Shown here: piece by piece, positions 53,447 through 64,000 of the stretch | Layout of the letters: each line of letters begins with the position of its first letter | Numbering within the stretch: position 1 is the first letter of the stretch | From: Chrysomallon squamiferum | Taxonomy: Eukaryota > Animalia > Mollusca | Assembly: GCA_012295275.1 (NCBI GenBank) | Contig: CM022677.1 | Coordinates: forward strand, 7,130,001-7,194,000 | Direction: 5' to 3' | Length of the DNA: 64,000 nucleotides | Position numbers and translations under genes: made by a program | The notes under the pieces: model-generated | Told to the model about the DNA's origin: nothing | The model's database searches: none | What the model saw: only the letters and a program-made list of their open reading frames with translations

Positions 53447-53590
53447 TCACATCTTGAGGGGCGACGCTGGAGGGGGAGTGCCAGCCTGACTATCCTCGCG
53501 TGTTCAGTTATTTTTACGAAACTAAAGAAAACGTCTTAGTTTTATTACTAAATAAACAAAATGGTACTTGCTATTTATGTGTTGTTGTTT
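53447..53590 (+). pseudogene. Trypsin-like terminal-exon fragment plus 3' flank
   Basis: TS*GATLEGECQPDYPRVFSYFY followed by the same downstream sequence as 57660-57725. Confidence 0.7.
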
Positions 53591-54619
53591 GTTTTTTAAC
53601 CAGAATTTTTTTAGTTGTTCCATGTTCTCAAGAAAGCTAGTTGTACCATGTAGTATCAAGTAGGCTAGTGGTACATGCAGCAAGAGGAAAAGACCCCGTA
53701 GTAATTTAATTATTAAAAATGAAAATTTCTTTAAGGCTGAATAGAATCTTTTGAAATTTCTGTCTAATGATATTTCTTTTCTTTTTTTTCCCCTTTTAGT
53801 TTTTTCTTCTCGAAAAATTATCTGAATAAAATATCTGATATAATTATGTTTATATGTAAGTACTTATGAACACATACATACATCCACTCTTATGCATATA
53901 CTTGTTTATGTATGGACGTATGGACACATGAAGAATGTGTGTGTGTATTCATTTATACATACACCTACCTGCCTTTCTTTATCGAGTCATCCATAATAAA
54001 AACATCTACTGGCACAAAATTATGTACATATATATTTAAGTAAAAGAAACTGCTGTTATATTCTATTCAGTGACATGATTTAATATATTTTATTTTACTG
54101 TATTGCAACAATTTATGGTGATTTAAGCATCTATCTAAGTTATCTGTCTACTTATCTACATACACAAACGTGCACGTGCACACAGGCAGACACAAACAGT
54201 GTATTGTCATTATTACTTTTACTACAACTACTGATACGACACATACTCTATATACCATGTAAATCTGAATTGTACTATAATTGCAGTTACTGTACTACTA
54301 CTACTAGTGCTATTACTACTACTACTACTATCATTTTAATAATAATAATAATGGGAAATAATTATAATTAATAATTTATCAGCGAAAGTAACATATTTAT
54401 GTATGTAGATAGATATATACAGATAGATAAGACAGATTCTGAAATCACTATAAATTATTGCAATATGTGAATGATCAGAAACATTTCACTACAACAATCT
54501 CTCTTTATCTCTGTCTCTCTCTCACTTTTTGTCTCTATCTCTCTCTTTCTCTGAGTCTCTTTGTCTCTCTTTTTCTCTCTCTGTCTCTGTCACTCTTTCT
54601 CTGTGTGTGTGGCTCTCTC

Positions 54620-54742
<123 letters not shown>

Positions 54743-54929
54743 ACACACACACACACACATACATACACACAGTGTACACAACAATTCCAATTGTTTTTAA
54801 TATTATTCCCCGGGAAGTAGGAAATATGTATAATCATGATTTATTTATTTATTTATTTATTTATGTACCTACGTCCTGGTGTAGAAGTTTCAAACCACTC
54901 ACCCCTACTTTAACCAATATTATTAACAG

Positions 54930-55350
54930 TTTGTTTTTATTAAATACAATCCATACCCAACACATGTATGCAACTAACCAATATGCAAAACAACCTTACC
55001 TAACACAACCCGTAGCCAAAACAAACCTACACCCAATAAAACCACTACCCAGAAACCTACGAACCATTCAACCCGTACCGAAGACAACCAATTCCCATCT
55101 GACACAGTTTTATGCTGATTTTAATGACTCGGTGAATTGTGTCTGAGTTTGAATGAGAAAACTGCTGTATCACCTCATCGTGCTAGCGAACACCTCAGAC
55201 TCTGACACAGTGAAACAAACACTCATTAAAATGTGACTTTTGTACTTTTTGTTTTCTTAATCATTAGTTAAAAATTGTAACAAACTGGGGGCTCGTCCAA
55301 AAAGTTTTAAATTATTATAATATTTCAGAGAATTTGAATGATACACTGAC
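54930..55350 (+). other. Unidentified terminal-exon-like segment (ends ...DFNDSVNCV*) with conserved 3' flank; copies at ~11000-11380 and ~16880-17260
   Basis: P/T/Q-rich frame ending at TGA 55146; ctcggtgaattgtgtctgagtttgaatgagaaaactgctg is shared by all three copies. Confidence 0.35.
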
Positions 55351-55460
55351 AGGCATTTTTTTTTTGTTTTAATTATATTTATGGTTCATACCCCATCGTC
55401 CTGTACTGATGTGTTTGTGTGTATAGTCTAACGAGAATACTTTAATACTGTGCATCTTAC

Positions 55461-56003
55461 TGGCATCAGAATCTGAGGAAAAATATTAATTTAATAAGTA
55501 TAACTGTAACAGTAGATAAAAATAGTCTTTGAATGTGTATATGTGTGGGTATATGTAATGTGTGTAATGCATTTGTGTATGTTTATTACCTTTAGTAGTA
55601 TCTGAAACAGAAGATAAAAATTTACTGACAGTTATAAAATATAAATTACTGTATGAAAGAAGAACCCAGATAAATAATGAAGTAAAACAATTTATTCCAC
55701 TTATGTATATTATTGTACATTTGACATATTGTGTTTGTAAATATATATATATTATTCCTATTAGTATCTGAAACAGAAGATACATTTTCTTTTATGAATA
55801 ATAAAATATAAAAAACAGTTACATAGATTAAAAAGTATGTAATATAATATATGTGTATTAGAGTGCATTTAATAAATTCACATTTTAGTATCTGAAAGAG
55901 AATAAATATTTCACAATAATAAAGTACATCTGTCATTTTAGATAAATAATCATATTATACAAATTATCTTTATATGTTTAATTAAGTGTGTTACGAACAT
56001 CAT
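55461..56003 (-). other. Array of candidate phase-1 microexons
   Basis: Repeated acceptor tcttctgtttcag|AT. 12-nt exons at 55601-55590 (donor gtaata) and 55472-55461 (donor gtaaga); further acceptors at 55767, 55891 and 56003. Confidence 0.55.
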
Positions 56004-57358
56004 CTAAAACAGAAGATAAAAATGTATTTGAAAATAGTAAATATAACTGTGACTGTATATACAGATGTCTAATATAAGTTAATAGAAAATTATAATAATT
56101 ATAATATTTTGTTTTATTAGTAACTAGAATCTAAGAATTATATCTAGATTTAAACTAAAATGAACCATAAAATAATATTGTTTATTATTACTATTTATAT
56201 ACATAATACATATATATAGATAGACAGAGAGATAGAGAGATAGATGGATATATTTACAACTAAATTAATTACAAAATAGTACTGTTTATCAATTCATTAT
56301 ACATAATACAATTAAATATAGAACTAAATATTAACAACTAGAACTAATCATAAAATACTTATTCTTTATTACTTTGTCTGTATATGTAATAAGATTATAT
56401 CTAGATCTAAATATCTGAATGTGTTATATAATTATATGATAGAGCTAAATCAGGAGTCGGCCACCTATCTGGTGTGCTACTGTTTGTTTTTTTTTTTTGT
56501 TTTTTTTTCTTGTTGTTGTTCACCAGATGTTAAAAATGCACTGAATTTCAAATAATAAATTATTCATTTTATGATCAGTTTATTTACCGTTTTATCTTTT
56601 AAAAATCGATTAGAAATTAACAAAGTTAGAGCAAGGAATACTTTTCAACAAAGCAATGTACCAGTTATGATTGGGAGAAGGAGTTATTTTGTATGTAACC
56701 TTGTTAATACTGCACAGATCTTAATACACAACTTCTTATTACTTGGAAAATGATATTATGTGGCCGTAACTGCAGGGTGGGGGCCTTATTTTGTGATTTG
56801 TCTAAAGATGACATAACGTGATGTTAAAACATACAAAAGATGAAACAAGGCTCTTTGACTGCATTTTTGAAATATCAGACAGGAATATCGAAAGAGACTG
56901 AATCACAGAGTCTACGTAGACACAGAAGTCTTGGCAACCCACCAACATAGTGTGAGATAGGACAGGAACATTTGAAATTAAAACTCATATAGCAACGCAA
57001 TCAATAATTTAGAGAATTTTTTACAATGTGTCTCAAAAGGTTTTTCGGTCTAGCAAAGCAAACCTTATGCAGTTTCTTAAGTTAAAATGTGAAATTTATT
57101 CTAAGTTTATTTCATTATTTGATTCATTGTTGCTTCATTAGTGGCGGTTTTACTTGTACAATGAGTTGAAGCTATATTAAAAACGATGTAGTTACAATGT
57201 CCTACATTCAAATGTTTTTATGACATTTTTAAAATCACCAGTCTGATACAAAAAGGCAAAACAGGCTGAGTGTGTGATTAAACTAGGTATAATACATTGT
57301 ACTGTCACGTGGCAAGTTTGAAACGTTGGTAACAGAGGTTAAGATATTAAGAAGCAAG
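55963..57358 (+). repeat. ~1.4 kb direct duplication, copy 2
   Basis: See 51323-52710. Confidence 0.96.
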
Positions 57359-57528
57359 TATTATTGTAGAGTAATAATATTTATTTACTGTTTGTTTTTT
57401 ATTTGGTTTTTATTATTAATAATATATAATATCTGTCTCTGTGTACATGTTTGGGCGTATATGTTAACATTATTTTTTTTATCAATATTAGTTTTGTCAT
57501 GAGTGTTTTCGTTTTTTTGTTTTGCCAG

Positions 57529-57662
57529 GGTGATAGTGGTGGACCGTTGAAATGTGGAGGTGACATAGCTCGGGTGACATCATAGGGCAGGGGGAGTGCC
57601 AGCCTGATTATCCTAGCTATTCAGTGTTCAGTTATTTTTACGACTGGATTTCTCGACACTAA
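57529..57662 (+). pseudogene. Trypsin-like (S1) serine protease last exon, decayed
   Basis: ttgccag|GDSGGPLKCGGDIARVTS*G..ECQPDYPS..SYFYDWISRH*; catalytic-Ser motif GDSGGP; TGG changed to TAG and frameshifts; no upstream exons seen. Confidence 0.85.
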
Positions 57663-57742
57663 ACAAAACGTCTTAGTTTTATTACTAAATAAGAAAAATG
57701 GTACTAGCTATTTATGTGTTGTTGTTTCACAACACGGGTTTG

Positions 57743-58682
57743 TCAAAACAGGATGTGAAACACTGCAGTGAACACTGAAATGATAAGCACCACAACTCCT
57801 CCTAAAAAATAAAAATAAGAATATGAAATGTTTCTGCTGGTGATATTCAAAATCCTAAACTACATACATATATACATATATATGTATGTATGTGTATATG
57901 TATGTATGTATGTAAGTATTTATGTATGTATATATATATGTGTGTGTATATGTTTTGTTTCTAATTTTTTGTTGATGAAAAAATTACCTGTATCATGTAG
58001 TGTGTATGTCCCACTGATGTCATAACCTAAAACAGAAGATGAAGATTTATAAGAAATTAACAAAGTACAGATCTCGTTCTAAATATTTACAACTAGAAGA
58101 AATAATAACTAAATTATTATATTTTCTAACAACCTGTAGAATTATATTTATATTTTAATATTTACATAGATTCAGATATAGCTTACCCTTTATACAGTTT
58201 TCAATGTTCATCTCGCCACCTTCCTTTTGCAGTTGAAATCCTTCTTTACAACTGCACTGTGTGTTTCTCACTTTGGTGCATTTCTTTACTTCTGTTTGAG
58301 TTGTGCTGTCACACGTGTCACATTCAGCACATCTAGAAGCACGAGTGTAATTCGACTGGTAAAACCCTTCTTCACAAGGCTCACATTTTGATTCATCACC
58401 GTTCTCTGTGCAGTGCGCTACAAGTCGTGTACCAGGAGGACACTTTTTACAGTGTATTCCTTTTATTTCATATTGTTCTCTCTGAAAAATAATATGAAAA
58501 ATGATAGAGTTATAATTACCAGTTACAGTAATGCCAGGCTGACTGAGTTTCCAGCTTCAGTTTGTAGTTATAGTTTCAAACAATTAAACACTTACTTTGT
58601 TTTTAGAAGTTTTCTCGTCTTTGGCACTGTCTGTTGCTGTAGATATTATGGCAATCATCAAAATCCACATTAAACTTTTCAT
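57743..58682 (-). CDS. TNF receptor superfamily-like protein, 159 aa, no cytoplasmic domain; join 58682-58596, 58481-58187, 58026-57988, 57801-57743
   Basis: Spliced translation: MKSLMWILMIAIISTATDSAKDEKTSKNK REQYEIKGIHCKKCPPGTRLVAHCTENGDESKCEPCEEGFYQSNYTRASRCAECDTCDSTTQTEVKKCTKVRNTQCSCKEGFQLQKEGGEMNIENCIK GYDISGTYTLHDT GGVVVLIISVFTAVFHILF*. All introns are GT-AG (114, 160, 186 nt) with compatible phases 0,1,1; 12 Cys in TNFR CRD spacing; AATAAA at 57683-57678. Confidence 0.85.
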
Positions 58683-58948
58683 GTTGGTGGTAACTCTGTG
58701 AAAAATAATATTAATAATAAACATTAAAATATATGTGACTAAAATTACTAACATTATTGCAAATATTATTACTTATAATTGTAGAACAAAGAAATAATAA
58801 TGATTAGAAAGGTACGTTTACCGATGTTTACGTAAAGTAACTGACTGAATAAAGCTAACAAGGTAAGTCAAAATTGCTGTCTTGAAACTTGAAAAAAAAT
58901 AACGTGCTAATGAGAGCAAGTTGTTGTGAAACCTCCGCTTGCGACTTC

Positions 58949-59066
58949 TTATATAGCTCTACTGTAACTCCGCCTTCATAAATATTCCTATCACGTGTAT
59001 TAGCAAACCAATCACAGCAAGTACAAAGCTAAGACAGCTGCTTGAGACTTCAATCCACGTCACGTG
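58949..59066 (-). promoter_or_regulatory. Candidate promoter of the TNFR-like gene
   Basis: Minus-strand CTATATAA at 58956-58949, CACGTG 58992-58997, CCAAT 59008-59012, a second CACGTG 59061-59066; possible 5'UTR exon donor gtaaac near 58820 and acceptor ttttcacag at 58696. Confidence 0.55.
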
Positions 59067-59633
59067 CTTTTCTGTGCATTCATTAAATTTAACACATGTT
59101 TCAGCATGTTTCTGGTGATATTTACAGAGCAGAAAGACTAGATGTTTGTGATTTAGTAAAAACCCAGCATTTCAGAACAAACCTGCCTGTAAAAAGATTC
59201 CAGTCTTCTTTTTTGTGTGCGTTTGTGTGTTTTGGTGTATGATTATTAATCAGAAATTAACCACATTTCTTGACCAAACGAAAGTTTAAACAACAATAAA
59301 AGGGCAGTTGTGACATAAAGTGAGTGAATAAAATTCATACAACAGCTACGAAACGTCCAGTATGGCAGCAATTTTAATTTAGTAAAATTACAAAATATCA
59401 ACGTAAATTAATGTTTGTGTGTCCATGGGTCTGCGTCTGTCAGCGTGTCTAGATGTGTACTTATATGTTGTATGTGTTTGTGTGTAGGCGTGTCCATGTG
59501 AGTGTGTGTGTCAATATGTGTATGTGTCCAGTGTTGTGTGTATGCATATGTGTGTCTATGTGACTGTGTTTGTGTGTCAGTATACGGGTGTATGTGGTTC
59601 TGCGGATGTCTGAGTGTATATTTATGTGTCAGT

Positions 59634-59932
59634 ATACACTGTCAAAAGTGTCCTCCTTTTACACAACTCCTGGTACACGACTTGTAGCGCACTGCACAGA
59701 GAACGGTGGTGAATCAGAATGTGAGTCTTGTGAAGAAGGGTTTTACGAGTCGAATTACACTCGTGCTAAATGTGACACGTGTGACAGCACGACTCAAACA
59801 GAAGTAGAGAAATGCACCAAAGAGAGAAACACACAGTGCAGATGTAAAGAAGGATTTCAAAATAAAGTGGAAATAGGCGATAATATGATTCACTACTGCA
59901 TTAATATTTCAGTTGCTTCAAGTTATTTTTAA
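59634..59932 (+). pseudogene. Inverted, 5'-truncated copy of the TNFR-like CRD exon
   Basis: Matches the reverse complement of ~58200-58458, but has a 14-nt frameshifting insertion (59658-59671), a 12-nt deletion removing a Cys (TRASRCAEC becomes TRAKC), and no acceptor or signal exon upstream. Confidence 0.85.
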
Positions 59933-60596
59933 TTCAAATTTATGTAAGGGATTGACAACCTGTTTTGCCTCTGTGGACCAGATCATATATCACTGAGTGG
60001 ACTGTATAAATGTCTTAAAAACATTTAAATATGGGACATTCGAAATTTAGCTGTTTTAATATAGCTTCACATTATTATTCAAGTAAAGCAACAGTAATTC
60101 AAATAATGATACAGACTTATTATAAATCTCATATTTAACTTAAGGCGCTGTGCTATGTTTGCTTCGCTAAACCGATAAAGACTTCTGACACTCATAGTAA
60201 AACTATTCTCCACTAAAATAGTGATTGCGTGTCCATGCGTCTTAATTTCAAATTTTCCTGTCCTATCTCACACTATGTTGGTGGGTTGCCAAGGGTCTAC
60301 GTAAACACTATGATTCAGTGTCTTTCGACATTCCTGTATGATCTTTCAACAATGCAGTTAACTAAAACAAAGAGCCTTGTGTGATCTCTTGTATGGATTG
60401 TTATCATGTCATATTTAAATGAATCACACTGACATAGTAATAACAAGCTTACATGAAGAAAACACCCTCTGATGGTGGTGGTAACAGAGAGATAAACTCA
60501 TAATTAAACACATATAAAGAAGATTTCTATTAGATGATTATTTATCTAAAGTCACAGATGTACTTTATATCTGATAGATCTTTTATTCTGTTTCAG

Positions 60597-60910
60597 ATAC
60601 TAATAGGAATCAAACACAAGACGTTACAAACATGTGTAATAAATTATATTACATGACTCTTTATCTAGGCTCTTCTTTATTTTGAGTTATTATATTTTAT
60701 CATTCTTAAAATATATATATTTTTTCTGTTTCAAATACTACTATGACAACCAGTTCTAAAGGTAACAGACAAACGCAGATACATATGTACACACACCCAC
60801 ACACGTACAAACACATATTCAAAGACTAGTTTTTATTTATTGTTACAGTTACATTTGCGGTGTGTTATCAAACATAGGTTTATCCTCAGATATTGATGCA
60901 AATCAGATGC
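60597..60910 (+). other. Candidate phase-1 microexons, inverted paralogs of 55461-55770
   Basis: 39-nt exon 60597-60635 (TNRNQTQDVTNM, donor gtaata); 27-nt exon 60735-60761 (TTMTTSSK, acceptor mutated to caa, donor gtaaca); acceptor tcctcag at 60889. Confidence 0.55.
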
Positions 60911-61574
60911 CTACTAATAAATTAATGTCATGAGTGTACACGCAGAAACACACACATATACGACATTCAACACATTCAAAGTATTAAAGTTTAGTATTAA
61001 AGTAATATGAGTGCACACACACACACACAGTAGTACTTTATGATTAATTAATTCTAAATTTTTAGATCGAGAAATAATCTTATTATGTATATAGATAGTA
61101 ATAATAGGCAGTAATATTTTATGATTAATTTTAGTTGCAAATATTTAAATCTAGATTTGATTCTCAGTCTCTAGTTGCTAATAGAAAATATTTTAAATTA
61201 ATGTATTTAGTATTTTCTCATTATAGTTGTTTTGTTGTCTTTTCTTCTAACTTATTAACTTAATCTTATCTATTTCTGTGAGCCAACTCATATTCATCTG
61301 CCTACATAACAGAATTTCTCAGATCAAAAACATACGTTAACTTAAGTAAGTTCTAATATCTACTAAGTGCAGCCTGGAATTTATAAATTCTTCTCATCAA
61401 AACTGTTTGTGTAATATTAACAAATCTATCTCGCTGCTATTGACTTACGTTATCCATCAAAAATGATTTCTTTTTTCTAAAGAAATCCTACTCTTCTTTT
61501 GGAGATTCCATCATTTTTATCTGTCAGCTTCATATATCAACTCAAAAGCGACTAAATCTGCTTGTTTAAGAACG

Positions 61575-62833
61575 CATCAGTGCAGGACTGTGAAACACAC
61601 GCAACACATCAGTGCAGGACGGTGAAACACACACAACACATCAGTGCAGGACTGTGAAACACACACAACACATCAGGGCAGGACGGTGAAACACACAACA
61701 CATCAGGGCAGGACGGTGAAACACACAACACATCAGTGCAGGACGGTGAAACACACAATACATCAGTGCAGGACGGTGAAACACAGACAACACATCAGTG
61801 CAGGACTGTGAAACACACACAACACATCAGAGCAGGACGGTGAAACACAGACAACACATCAGTGCAGGACTGTGAAGCACACGCAACACATCAGTGCAGG
61901 ACGGTGAAACACACACAACACATCAGGGCAGGACGGTGAAACACACAACACATCAGTGCAGGACGGTGAAACACACAACACATCAGTGCAGGACGGTGAA
62001 ACACAGACAACACATCAGTGCAGGACGGTGAAACACAGACAACACACATCAGTGCAGGACTGTGAAACACACACAACACATCAGAGCAGGACGGTGAAAC
62101 ACAGACAACACATCAGTGCAGGACTGTGAAGCACACGCAACACATCAGTGCAGGACGGTGAAACACAGACAACACATCAGTGCACGACTGTGAAGCACAC
62201 GCAACACATCAGTACAGGACGGTGAAACACACAACACATCAGTGCAGGACGGTGAAACACACAACACATCAGTGCAGGACGGTGAAACACAGACAACACA
62301 TCAGTGCAGGACTGTGAAGCACACGCAACACATCAGGGCAGGACGGTGAAACACACAACACATCAGTACAGGACGGTGAAACACAGACAATACATCAGTG
62401 CAGGACGGTGAAACACAGACAACACATCAGTGCAGGACGGTGAAACACACAACACATCAGTGCAGGACGGTGAAACACAGACAACACATCAGTGCAGGAC
62501 TGTGAAGCACACGCAACACATCAGGGCAGGACGGTGAAACACACGCAACACATCAGTGCAGGACGGTGAAACACACACAACACATCAGTGCAGGACGGTG
62601 AAACACACAACACATCAGTGCAGGACGGTGAAACACAGACAACACATCAGTGCAGGACGGTGAAACACAGACAACACATCAGTGCAGGACTGTGAAGCAC
62701 GCGCAACACATCAGTGCAGGACGGTGAAACACACACAACACATCAGTGCAGGACGGTGAAACTCACACACATACACATCAATGCAGGATGGTGATGAAAC
62801 ACACACACATACACACAAAAACATCAGTGCAGG
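61575..62833. repeat. 30/32-bp minisatellite, about 40 units
   Basis: Unit catcagtgcaggacggtgaaacacacaaca with +/- 2-nt and point variants; no unique spacers. Confidence 0.97.
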
Positions 62834-64000
62834 TTAACAATACGCCTTATTTCCAGAACTATCCTGTTATCTTTCTGTTCCTGTTAAAATGATTGTGACA
62901 ATGTATTTTCTCACGTGTCTGAAATGTTGCCAGCGAAGTAATATACTAAAACCAGACCTGCAATCAAATAGACTGACTTCAGTGTTATAACGATCAACAA
63001 ATTTTAACACGCCCGATATATAGGTTTTTGTATTATGTATAGTAGGGTTAGCATTAAAACAGTTTTGATATTGAGAAGCGCGGGGGCAGGGGGAGCAGTC
63101 CGTGATATAGATATGTTTATATAATATAATATAATATAATATAATATAATATAATATAATATAATACATATATAGCTACAAATCAAAGGATTTTAATACT
63201 AACATTTCTGATATAGAAATATTAACATAACTACCATCTGCGGACCTCTGTCCAGGAAAAGATGGAGAAACCGTAAACCTGTACATTTTACAAAACCATT
63301 TTAGTTCTTTACATTCTTTTATTTTGTTTTTTTTATACAATATTTATCATTTATACATATATTTTTCTTGTTTAAAAATACGTTACAAAAAACTGGGGTG
63401 ATTTTGGGGGTGATGGAACGGATTTATTGTATTTCAATTAATTTCATTTGGGAAAATTGATTTGATATATGAGAAAATTGAGTTAGGAACTCCTAAGTAT
63501 ATATATATATATATATATATTATTAATAAGTAAATTTATTTCTAAACATAGGTATCAGTACAAAAAAAGAAGAAAGACATAACACCTGAATGATACCAGG
63601 TATTTATGATGGCAGTTTGAAGAACTAATGAAGTGATAGCAATACGTATATTTATATTCGCACAAGCAGGAAAAGTTAATATTCTTAATTTTTTTTTCAT
63701 AAAGAGTTGTGGTCCTTGTCATTTTAGTTTTTACTCCATGGCTTTACAACCAGACACCGTTATTGTGACACATAAACATATATCACACACACAAACACAC
63801 ACACACACACACACATTCATAAACACATATAGACATATATATATACACATATGTACACTCATATGCACACATACACACATCAAACACATGCACAAACACA
63901 TTCATAAACATATATTCACATATATACACACATATACACACATATACACATCAAACACATACACATAAATATATGTACACACATACACAGATGTACATAG

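Noticed and set aside
59570-59932. 120-aa TNFR-like ORF as an intact gene
   Set aside because: Its N-terminus comes from a TG-rich repeat. The CRD start is frameshifted by a 14-nt insertion, a Cys is deleted, and there is no signal exon or acceptor.
61575-62833. CRISPR-like array of ~30-bp repeats, or a CCVFHRPALM repeat protein
   Set aside because: Units are contiguous with no unique spacers, no cas genes are present, the context is eukaryotic, and mixed 30/32-nt units break any reading frame.

Overview
AT-rich, microsatellite-dense animal genomic DNA with spliceosomal introns and a 200-N assembly gap. The AAGGGxxATAACTC repeat motifs and the TRIM type suggest a mollusc, which is an inference only. 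The window is a mosaic of direct, tandem and inverted segmental duplications holding decayed gene copies: an unprocessed, internally rearranged MCC pseudogene (minus, ~27.3-34.5 kb), a RING...NHL-like TRIM pseudogene (plus, 20.6-22.4 kb), three fragments of a trypsin-like terminal exon, two copies of an internally deleted Merlin/IS1595-like transposon, hAT-like pieces and a 30/32-bp minisatellite. The one gene that looks intact is missing from the ORF track because it is spliced. It is a 4-coding-exon, 159-aa TNF-receptor-superfamily gene on the minus strand (58682-57743) with a signal peptide, about 2.5 cysteine-rich domains and a C-terminal hydrophobic tail with no cytoplasmic domain, i.e. 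a candidate GPI-anchored decoy receptor. It sits head-to-head with a broken inverted copy of itself and near arrays of symmetric phase-1 microexons. No prokaryotic genes, CRISPR array, tRNA or rRNA were seen. All alignments and translations were done by eye, so repeat boundaries are approximate.
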